In this document: positions 36,020 through 48,000 of the stretch, piece after piece | Numbering within the stretch: position 1 is the first letter of the stretch | How the letters are laid out: every line of letters begins with the position of its first letter | DNA from: Asterias rubens | Lineage: Eukaryota | Direction of reading: 5' to 3' | Length of the DNA stretch: 64,000 bases | Assembly (NCBI RefSeq): GCF_902459465.1 | Contig: NC_047068.1 | Span: forward strand, 6,882,001-6,946,000 | Notes under the pieces: model-generated | The model's input: the letters and a program-made list of their open reading frames with translations, nothing else | What the model was told of the DNA's origin: nothing | Database searches by the model: none | Position numbers and translations under genes: made by a program

Positions 36020-39000
36020 ATGGAGTCCGGAGAGCAAATATCCGGCCAAGAGCCAGAAGAAACGAAGCCAGAACCGACAGAAAGCAACGATTCCTACACC
36101 TTAGAAGGTATCCTTTTGAACGACCGTATATAAAACTTTACCACTGTGTTTAAAATTGTCAATTTGTGCCATGAATTTTTGTTTTATTTACGAAAGTGTT
36201 GGTCCTTGTGCTGAGCTATTTTGTGCCATTTTGCAATCATGTGTTTCCATATGGCAAGAATGAATTGCAAGAATAGAGAGGCGGAGAGACAACACATTCA
36301 AAATCGGCTGGTGATATTAAAATATTTTGGCAATTCAGCAAAGGATGGCTGCTATTGAATTTAATCATTTTATATAATTTGGAATATAAATTCCCCATAT
36401 TAAATACATTAAAAATATTAATTAATTTAAACAAATTAAATTTTCCAAAGTTCTTATTTTTTTTGGTGATTTTTATTTGTATTTTAATTTTATGTAAAAA
36501 TAAAATACCATCTTTATGTAAAATGTGATGAAGTAAATTGTAACATAGGGGTCCTCTTACCTTAGCTGAGTTCTCCTTCTCCTAGGTAGAACTATCGTTC
36601 CGCTGGCGAACGAACCTCATTATTTTGTGTTTGTATGTTTTTTGTTTTGGGTCTATAGCTTTACTACGCTGTCTGAGCTAGTCGTAATGTAAATGACCAT
36701 TATTACTATAATAGTATTGTGGATATGTTTTTTATTTTTTATTTGGTATTTTGTTAATTTGACATTTCCTTGACTCCACTGTGTGCAGTTCTACAGCTCA
36801 TCAAGGAGTCCCAACAACAACATGGATTAAGACACGGAGATTATCAGCGATATAGGTATTCAATTCAATTCAATTCAACTCAATTCAATAATACGGTATT
36901 CCATACTCTTGTTGAAAAAAAGAATAATTGTGAGAAATAAACAGTAGGGCCTACATAGAAATGTAACAAAATCTAAAGCGCATTAAATAGGTAGGATTAG
37001 GAGTTCAAAGCATTCTGACCAGATGGTTGAAGGACAGAAACAATTATCAACCAAACCACTCCTGCACCATCAAAATCCAAGTTTCTGCATGGTTTTGTTT
37101 GATTCTGATGAATTACTGTTTTATCATGATAAATTTAATCTGGATTCCTAGAAACTACCAGGGGCCTTGTCCACAACATTGGAGCCTTGAGACGTAGCCC
37201 AAACATGGGTTTGGAAAAAGCCCCTGATAGTGGTTCAGAGTGTTAAACAGAATCCATAGTTTCATACAGGAATACAAATAATTCATGTCTAACAATTTTG
37301 TATATATTTTTGTACCAGTGTTGTGTCTAGCAAACACGACTAGACTGTTGTCTTGTATAGTGTTTGGACACTGCACGATGGGCTAGAGACAAGAAACAAA
37401 ATCGCACACTTAAACTAATCCAATGGGAGACTTTCGGACGCTAGATGGCAGCAGACCTACCAGGTAAATTGCCATTGTTTACGTATTTCTGAGCCTGCGC
37501 ACATTACCGAGAACAATGGATTTTACCTGGTAAGTCTGCTGCCACCAAGCGTCCCAAAAGTCTCCTATTGCTTGACTACAATCAAAACAGACAGAAGCAG
37601 TTGGGCAAATGTCAACTCTGGTCTTTGTAGAACATACTGCCTGCTTTTGTCTGGTTGCGAGTTTATGAAATTTTGCCCTATGTGTTACTGAACCCCGTTT
37701 CTAACTCACTTGGTGGTTTGGCGTCAACTGGGCATACATTAATACCATGTTGTTTTGGCCGGTCAGTTAATGCTGTATTGACTTGGTGAAAGAACATAGG
37801 GACATTCATTTCTTAATTTTCAGAGTTGATGCACTGTCCTCCTTCTGTCTGACTGGTCAATATCACCCAATGTGGTTTTGAATGATATCCACCCTGCCAG
37901 CATGCAATATGGTATCATGTGGTGAATGCATAGATTTTGACAGTACATAGCCAACCTTCCTACTGTCTGACCATTCAATACCACCCACAGTGTTTTGGAA
38001 TGGTTGCCAGTCTGCAATATGAAATCATGTGGTGAACACACACAAAGTCGACCATAATGCCTGACCATTAACAATGATCAACTGTGGTTTTAAATGATAA
38101 TATACAAATAATGAATGTTTATGAGTGCAATGGTGCGAATATGTTCATGAATTGAATGGAACAACTTTCAAAACAAACAAAGCTTAGGCCTACAATTTTT
38201 AATTGAGAAATTACACCCGTTTCTTTTGGGTCGGCCTGTTGGATTGAACAGTGAAAATGTGCGTTCTGTACAGCTATTTTGAGACATGCAGACGCCGAAT
38301 GTATTTGCCTTGCAGTGATGTTTTTTGCTCAGCGTGCAATAGTACTTTTCGGATGGAACGAAAAATGCACGGTGAGTGACTCAGCGTGCAATAGTACTTT
38401 TATTTGCTATCACGTGACGGACAATCCTCCAATCAAATAGTAAGGATCTGCTTGGGTGTTATATAATAATATGCAATATACCATTATGCAAAGATGTTAT
38501 CAAGTGATGAATGCATACACAGACAGTCAACCTGAACCCTCCTACTGTCTGATCATTCAATATCATCCTGACTGTGGTTTTGAAAGATAGCTGGCAATAT
38601 GGAATCGTGTGGTGAGTTCAGCTGCACAATACAGTTAATTGTAACCATACACAGCCTGTGCAGTTGAAAGGTTTTGAAATGTTGATCAACTTATTTAAAA
38701 ATGTCATCAAAAGTAGAAGGATTAAAATTCATATTTTGTTCATGTTTTGAAGTTATATTTTTACAATTTTCTTTTGTCTGTAGGAGTTACTGTTCAAGGA
38801 GGCTTCGTAGAATACGAAAGTCTCTCAAGTTTGTGTACGGCAACAGAAATAAATATGTTTCCAGAAAAATCAAAGAAGAAACCATCACAGATGTTCGGTG
38901 AGTATATTTCTCAACAAACATCCTTAATGTTCTATTTGTATTTAAATGTTATATGCGCTGAGTGGAATTTGGCATGCATGCTGGTTTTTATGAACCAATC

Positions 39001-42000
39001 CAATACAATCACATCAATTATCAGTGCAGATGTGTGTCCATTCTTAAAGGTTTGTTTATCTGACCTTGAGTGATATATCCAATTCAATCGCATATCAATG
39101 ATCAGTATCGATTTGCTCCTCTCTTCGTAGGTTTTTGTATCTACCATTGATGTGCGCTGAGCGATGCTGGGCGTTCATGATGCAGCTCAAACAAGAATCC
39201 AACACTGAGCTGAGGAAACGTTTTCATCTCATGTCTCGACTCATCAAGGCTGTGCGATACGCTGAGGAGTTGGAAACGCTGTCACAGAGCGAGAAATGTG
39301 ACGCCCGCTCCAAACTCGAAGCTCAGGTATAACAGTGGGTTACCATCAGGTCCGAATTTTATAAAGCTGCTTGCGCAGAAATTATTGCTTAACAATTATT
39401 TTCTGCTAAGCAGAAATGAGCAGGATACCACTTGTTGATAGTACATATAAGACATGGTAGTTTGGCTGGTAACCTTATTCTGGTAAGCATGATTTTGGTG
39501 TGGTTGAGTCTAAATGAAATGGGGTAAACAATATTTTTGAAAGTTTACATAATAAAAAACTAAAAATTGCTAGACTACATTTAAAACATGCACAGTTTAT
39601 TTTTTGCCCTATGTGTTACTGAACCCCGTTTCTAACTCACTTGGTGGTTTGGCGTCAACTGGGCATACATTAATACCATGTTGTTTTGGCCGGTCAGTTA
39701 ATGCTGTATTGAATTGGTGAAAGAATGTGGGAACATACTCTGTATTTAATGCTGTATTGACTTGGTGAAAGAACATGGGAACATACTCTGTATTTAGTGT
39801 TATTGCATTGTCCTAGTACTGTCTGATGTGACGCTTATCTTACTTGCTGAGTTGCTGTAGTTTTTGAGAAATGAGTATTAAAACAAGTCTCAAAGAAAAA
39901 AGATGAAAATTTTAAGCCCCAAAAACCCACATATTTTTGTGAAATTGTTTTACGAGGGTGACCCATCCAGCACATCTGATCATTTGGGGACCCTCACATA
40001 TTATAAAAAATACATCCAAGATAAACTACATAAAGTAACAAGACTTGGCAGACGGCCTGTAAAAGGGAAATAAATTACTAAAAATGTACCTTGCCAGCCT
40101 GCGACATGATACATTTGGTGAGTGCATTACAACCCTTCTACTGTCTGACCATTCAATATCATCCACTGTGGTTTTGAATGATACATGCACTACGCCAGCT
40201 GGCAATATGATATCATGTTATCATGCTGTAATTTGTGCATAATCTGCACGCAATTTGAATGTATCAGCAAGCAGTTTGTGTTTATCGGCGTGATACGCTA
40301 GCTTGTTTATAAGGAGAACCCTGGTCATATCCCTCTATAAGAGATTGGTTTTTTTTTTGCGTTTGATTGATAGGCCTACTGCTCATGGATGAAAGGAACA
40401 TTGTTCTTTGAAAGGGAGCAATGGGAAGACTGCATCAAGATGTTTAGCACTGCACAGTAAGTTCATCATCATTACTTCTCTTTTTCTCACCAGCATTTAA
40501 ATGTGTCCTTAAAGGATTTGGGTACTTTTTGTAACACAAAACACAATGTCCACAGATTTACATTAAACTTAAACTGTTTGAAGATAATGATAGTAGAAAG
40601 CGTAACTTAAAATATTAGTTGCTGAGGTGCTGTAGTTTTTGAGAAACGAGTAAAATAATGTCATAAAAATTAATTTTTTACATGTTAAAATAATTTTCGT
40701 CTCATGATCACTGAGACAAAAAATATTTTCATGACATTGTTTTACTCATTTCTCAAAAACTACAGCACCTCAGCATATAATATATTAAAGGAAGCTCTCT
40801 GCCATAATTATTTTCAAACTGTGTAAGTTTAGTGTAAATCTGTGGGCATTGTGTTTTTTGTCCTACAAAAAGTACCCCACACCCTATAATGCATATATAT
40901 ACATTTTATCAAAAATAGCACAAAGTTTAAGAAGTAAATCAGACCTAGAATTAGACTGGGGCCGTTGAGGTCATGGCCTCTGTTCTTTGTTGCCCCTGGT
41001 CTTGATCTTTGTGCCCCTTCAAACGTTTCCCGAAGACTTTAAGATGTTCAAGTTCCCTTTTCAAAATGAAATTGGCCGTGCCCTCTCAAAAATGAAAATC
41101 CAGGCCTGGTACATCATCATCAACTTTTACTATGTTAATAAGCCCTGTTAACACGTAACTCAAAAACAGCATGAATCATGTCATTGACAACTTTATGCAA
41201 ATTTGAGACTTCTAAAGTGTTTCACCGACTGGTGCAAATCTCTGTAGAAATGAAGGCCTGATTTATTCTGGTTGTAAATATTTTAATATTTTGCCCTATG
41301 TGTTACTGAACCCTGTTTCTATCTCACTTGGTGGTTTGGCGTCAACTGGGCATACATTAATACCATGTTGTTTTGGCCTGTCAGTTAATGCTGTACTGAT
41401 TTGGTGAAAGAACATGGGAACATTGTAAATTAAACTATACATTTTTAAATAATAAACCACAAGGGAAACTGACCTGGTAACTTGTGTGAATGATGTGGGG
41501 TTGAGCGTAAGGAAACGTTTACTAAAGCAGGATTTGAACCAACGACCTCTGGGATGCCAGTCAGAAGCCATTTAACTGCTTCTGACTGTCAAAGATATTG
41601 ACAAAAAGAGAGACCACAAACATGGCTAGGTATCTCTGTTGTAAAAGAGCCGGCACATTAATCCGGATGCAGTAGATTCAAATCCTGCTCTGGTCAATTT
41701 GTCTTTGTTCAACCCCAAATCAACTATAATTTGTGTTATGTGTAAGATATGTGTTGGGGTCCGAAGACTGATGTAGTGTGGGGGTCCAAAGCGGCTGCTA
41801 AATACTGGTTATGAAGTTTTAAAGACACACAGGTTATGTTTTCTCTCCGCCAATGTAGTTGACCCTTTATTGAATTGTTGAGTGACCTAACCTGCACAAT
41901 TGATATCTGATGAAGATTGTGCAGGCGGGTGATAAAATACACAAAGATACATTAATTAAACTCCTGCTTTAGTACGACAATACTTAGGACCTCTCAATAT

Positions 42001-45000
42001 CAATTCATCTCTTAAAATCTCAATAGACACTAGACTCAGTTAACTGGGATATATTAATGGCACAGCAGTACTGGGCAATGGGGATATGAGACACAAACAT
42101 ACATCGTTGAACGCCCAACTTCACTTACACCATTTTCACACAGAAATAAACACCCATTCCCCCAATATTTAACAGAGCCATTGCCATACATACATCCGTC
42201 CATACATAGCAACGTTAACATTAACTTCTACATGTACCTGACTGCGCGTGTATGTACCGCAACACAGCATAGCTTATAACGCTAACCAACGCACATGTAT
42301 ATCCTAAAGCGTCACCTCCAAATCTGTGACCCACACAAGTTTTCTAACTGTAAAATTACTCTTTTTAGTCAATGAAATTCCCAAAATCTACAACAGAATA
42401 TGAATCTATGGATATTTGCGGATATAATGAAAATAAGCATGAGTCAATAACATTGCATTATAATGATTAAATAAAAGGTTTAAAACTACGGATAAAGTTT
42501 GGCATCCTCACCTGATGAAGATTGTGCAGGCGGTGAGGAGCGTGGGGGGGGTCTCTAAACTTCAAAGGGCGCCACCCCGCATCCTCAGCGGAGAGAGAAT
42601 AACTTTATACTATAACAATTAAACAATTGCTCCAATAATAAAGGAACAACTCCTCACAACCTTCCCCGCCTAGTAGTCATCGTCCCTTGATGACCAGGAG
42701 CATGGTCTAAGAATACCTTTATACTATAACAATTAAACAATGCTGCAATAATAACGGAACAACTACTCAAGAATAACTTTATACTATAACAATTAAACAA
42801 TGCTGCAATAATAACGGAACAACTACTCAAGAATAACTTTATACTATAACAATTAAACAATGCTCCAATAATAAAGGAACAACTCCTCACATATGTTTCA
42901 ATGAAAAAGATAAAATGTTAATTTTCCAATCTTGCCTTTCTCTCAAAGGAATATTTACGAGAAGTTGGCAAGCGCCCTCAACGAGGACGAGCGTATTCTG
43001 TATCTACAGCGTGTGGAGGAGATCACTCCAAGTATTCGTTACTGTGCGTATAACATCGGTGACCAGAGTGCTATCAAAGACTTAGTAGAGATGAGGCTTA
43101 AGACTGGCAGTCAGATGTCTTCCAATATAGATGTAAGTTTGCTTAAACCAAATCTTATAAAGCACATTTGTACAATAACTGAATCAATGACACTAATGTT
43201 TGTTTTTGTTTTCATTTGTGTTTTATTTGTGACACTTGTGTATAGACTGTGTTGAATAACCCCTTTGTTGCTATGAAAGTCGCCATCTTGTAGGTAAAAA
43301 CGTATGCGCGTCCAAACGCGTACATCAAAGAAACACGCAGCACGCAATGTTCCCGGTTTGATTTTTGAACGGTGACGTCATATTCAATACGGTCTATTGG
43401 TTTATTATTATTATTATTTGACTTGTGTATTGGATCGGTAAACGCTATTCCGAGGTTCAGTGAATCTCTGAAATTGGTATCTGTAAAATGAAGACAATAG
43501 TAGTAATAACAATATTAACCAGTTTTTATATAGAGCTTTTCAAACCCGAGGGTTTCTCAAAGCGCTTCCAACACTATTACCCCTGGTCATAGGGCCTTTT
43601 ATCATTCCTTAAACAATCTCCCTGGGGAGTATACAGCCTGTGCGACAATTAGATGCGCTACTCGGCGAAACCAATCACAAGAACCATCTTTGCTCTCATA
43701 ACCTATTTATCCCTTGGTGGAGATAAGCAATTATAGTTAAGTGTCTTGCTCAGGGACGCAAGTGTCATGACCGGGATTTGAACCCACACTCTGCTGAACA
43801 GAAGCACCAGAGCTTGAGTTCGGTGCTCTTATCCACTCAGCCACGACACCCCATGGAACTTCATCAAATGGAACTACGGGAGAAACTGAACACGAATATC
43901 TTTGTAGGACTACCTTTTATGTTCTTTTTTTGTTTTGTCGTTTTTCAGAACCTTCTAGCGCAGACGAGAGAGAAGCAGGCAGCTACTCTGAGTGAAGTCA
44001 CCTGGAGAGGAAGACTAGTGGCAGTCAAGAATGAGCAGGTAAGACAGCCACACAGCAGTGGAGTTTTATTATTTGTTAATAAATTGTTTCACACTTAAGA
44101 GGCCTGATACTTCACGAAGGCTACAAAGGCGCTTGCCACCATTCCCCCCAGTCATTGCCTTGGTGCCTTTGAAAATCTCCAGTAGAAATTTACAATTTCC
44201 TCATAGGGTGCCTTTTACCAAGGAGATAATGCCTTGATGCCCTTGCCCTTTCTAAAAACGAAGCATACAGACCTGCTAGATATTGACCCATTTCACCTGA
44301 CGTCATCAGCAGAAAAATCTTGAATGCGCCATACTGGTGGGCAATTTCACTGTGCGTTTTCATATATAACTCTATGCTGCGCGTTATGCAGTAAAGTGTG
44401 CATTTTAGGTGACGCGGCGTTAATACACGTAAACCTAACTGCCCACCAACATGGTGAGCGTGGCATTGGTCGCCGCGTGTGATGTGCGTGCAAGGGGTCA
44501 ATATATCTATTTGCTTCAATGTACATATTTTCTTTCACTGATAGCCCCTTATTGAAGGTGTTATATGGGATCGGTAGAGCTAACAAAATAGTCACAGTCA
44601 CTGTTCTTCATTTTGTGTAATCAACCATAAGTATGAAATAACAAACAAGTGAAAAATTGGGCTTAGTGAGTCTGTTGTGTAAAGGTGATTTTTAACTTGA
44701 CATTTTGTTTTTGAAAGTGACAGCTGCTCATGTATTCAGTGTCAGTCAGTACCCTGTTCAATAAATTTAACGCTCTGCAAAATTGTATGACTAGAAAATT
44801 CCAGGTGAGCTTTTTTGCAAATGCCTATGATTTTCAAATCAAAAGGACTGATTTGATATTTGTACAGGTTTGCTCATATTTTGGATTTGAATCAGTGGAA
44901 ACAGTTGAATGGTGCTGGTAGTCATAAGTTCTGTTTAAAGGCAGTGGACACTATTGGTAATTACTCAAAATAATTATTAGCATAAAACCTTACTTGGTAA

Positions 45001-48000
45001 TGAGTAATGGGGAGAGGTTGATAGTATAAAACATTGTGAGAAACAGCTCCCTCTGAAGTGACGTAGTTTTCAAAAAAGAAGTAATTTTCCACAAGTTTGA
45101 TTTCAAGACCTCAGAGTTAGAACTTGAGGTCTCGAAATCAAGCATCTGAAAGTGCACAACTTTGTGTGACAAGGGTGATTTTTTCTTTCATAGTTATCTC
45201 GCAACTTTGACGACCAATTGAGCTGAAATTTTCACAGGTTGGTTATTTTATGCATATGTTGAGATACACCAAGTGAGAAGACTGGTCTTTGACAATTACC
45301 AATAGTGTCCAGTGTCTTTAACCGTTTAGGAAGAAAATCAATGTAGGTACCCAACCCTTATTGCCTTGCAATCTTTTTTCTGTGAAGGTGCGGACGTTTC
45401 TTGTGAGCTGTGAAGAGAACGAGAAGCAATTAAAGACTTCTAAGGATTCAGAGAGTAAGATGTTGATCTATGAGAGTCTACTTATGGAATGTAAAGATGC
45501 TCTGCAGATTCTACGAGACGAGGTCAAATCAGATCCTGTAAGTAAACCAAGTTTGATGCTTTCCATGAAGAACTCACAGCATGACAAGATGTTTTTTTTA
45601 TTGTAGTTATAAACCTGTAAACAGTGACCAATTTCATAAAGCCTGTAAAATTGACATTGTTTCAACTAGTGTCCCACTTATTTTGTGCTTAGCAAAGAAA
45701 TTTGCCGTACTTTTTTGCAACAGCTTGATGAAATTTTGCCCTCTAATGCTTTCAAACATGAAAAAGTTGGTATTCTGATTGCCCACTTATTTTGTGCTTA
45801 GCAAAGAAATTTGCTGTACTTTTTGCTAACAGCCTTATGAAATAAGGCCCTCTAATGCTCCTGATTGCGTTCCTTGGCAGACTGTTAAGCAACGAGCCCA
45901 GAAGTCTGACGGCCCCATCCCTAGCTCCCAGTACCTCTATACATACCTCATGTACATCCGCCTCACCAAGACGATAGAACGTAACATCCTGATCGCAGAG
46001 ACTCTCAAGGAGAACCTGCCCGAGACGGGATTGACCGTCCCCGCGACGACGCCCGGGGGCACCAACAACAAGAAGACCAACAAGCCACAGGATCTCATCA
46101 GAATTTACGACAGTATTATTCAGGTGGGTTGAGCTGACCACAGCGGAGAAATTATCTGTCATTTGTTGTACAAAGCTCTTAAAATAATATAAGACTGTAT
46201 AGGTTCAAGCGAGGTCGCTGTCGTCTAAGCTGTTATGCCCTTCTGCCAAGCACACTTTGTGCAGAATCTACTAAGCAACAAAGTTGATCCTTTTGAAACT
46301 CTTTGCTCTTTGTTTCCGATGCAGAATCTAAATTTCCGTCAGCCACAGTTTGTCTCGAGAAACTATAAAAAAAATTCCAATTTGATTTCCGTGAAGTACA
46401 ATTTGTGCACATTGCTTCTGTCTCATTGAGAACTCATCGTGTAGTTATCGATGTAATTTTCAATCAACAAACCACGAGGGAAACTGACTGGGCAGATTTT
46501 CAATTAACTTGGGGCTAATTTAAATTTATTTATTTGCAGAATCATTCAGAGATCTCTCAGCTTGCTGGGCTTGAAGACGATGACAGCCTGCAACAGGAAC
46601 TCACCGCCAAGACATTCAAGTATAAAGCTTTGAGGTAAGCACATTCCTATAACCTATGCCTCTCTGGGCCCAATTTCTTACAGCTGCTTAAGCACAAAAA
46701 GGTAGCTAAGCACAACAAAATTATGCTCACCAGAAACAGGTTATCAGCCAAACTACCATTCCAGATGCATACTTTTTGACTGGTATTCTGCTCAATTTTG
46801 CTTAGCAGAAAATTGTTAAGCACTATTTTCTGCTAAAGCAGCTCTGTGGAATTGGTCCCTGTTCGTTAGTGGGATTCCACCCTAAGCCATGTCCACTTGA
46901 CACAAACTGGCTCCACTGGTCTACAGAAGCCCACATGGAAGTTGCATTGAGCTGTTTTTTTCTTTTATGATTTATACAAGAACATTTGGACTTGGCTTTT
47001 ACTTATGTTCCTTCAAAGACTTTAATAATAATAATAATAGTGGCTTCTTATATATCGCTCAGGTCCGTCACGCAGTGACGCTCGTGGCGCTTCAACATTA
47101 TTACCCCTGGTCACTGGGCCTGAAATCATTCCTAAACCATCTCAGCTCCCTGGGGAGTATACAGCCTGTGTCGCCAAATATGTAGCGCAATCAAGGCTCA
47201 CAGGTACCCATTTACCCGTGGGTGGACTGAAGCAATTACAGTGAAGTGTCTTGCTCAGGGACACAAGTGTCACGACCGGGATTCGAACCCACACTCTGCT
47301 GAACAGAATCACCAGAGCTTGAATTCGGTGCTCTTATCCGCTCGGCCACGACACCCCACATTTTTAGGTCTTCTCAGAATGAAAAGTTGCTTTCATATCA
47401 GAATGTTTAAATGGGTGATTTCTGGTAAATTTAGTCAAAAATGTGTACCAGCTTTGTAGCAAAAACCTTGGGCGTGCAACAGATGACACATGCAGGTCTT
47501 GAGTGTCGTTGTTGATTTGAAGGGGCACAGCAATTTCCCTCTGGTAAGGGGCACTTCTAGGAGGAAAATGTTAAAATTTGTATTGAAACTTTGCAAAGGG
47601 CACCACCGCAAAAGCACAGGGCATCAAGGCAAAAGCACAGGGCACCACAGCAAAAGCAGAGGGCACCACGGCAATCGCTGAGGCCTGGGCCCAATTTCAT
47701 AGCGCTGCTTAACGGTAAGCAAATTTGCATGCTTACTGTAGCAGAAAAATTTGCCTAAGCCTTAGCGTATTTCACAGGTTAGCAGAAAAGATGGGCAGCC
47801 ATATTGCGTGTTTACCGTGGATTTGCATTGTGACGTCATTTATTTCCGTGCGGTAAGCACCGGAAGGTTAGCATGCCTTTTCGTGTGCTTACGGTTAGCA
47901 GCACTATGAAATTGAAATCACACAGTGAGCACAAAATCGGCTGCTAAGCAGCGCTATGAAACTGGGCCCTGCACATAAGACACACATTGACTTTAATGAC

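Noticed and set aside
36524-36570. Box C/D snoRNA (GTGATGA...CTGA)
   Set aside because: Only about 45 nt, no terminal stem, and no antisense element I can match.
41905-42535. Hammerhead ribozyme at the CTGATGA motifs
   Set aside because: No stem II followed by GAAA and no stem III/NUH geometry.
47270-47358. Functional tRNA-Leu gene
   Set aside because: Cloverleaf and acceptor stem are disrupted, and it is fused to a body and tail repeated at other loci, so it is a SINE head.
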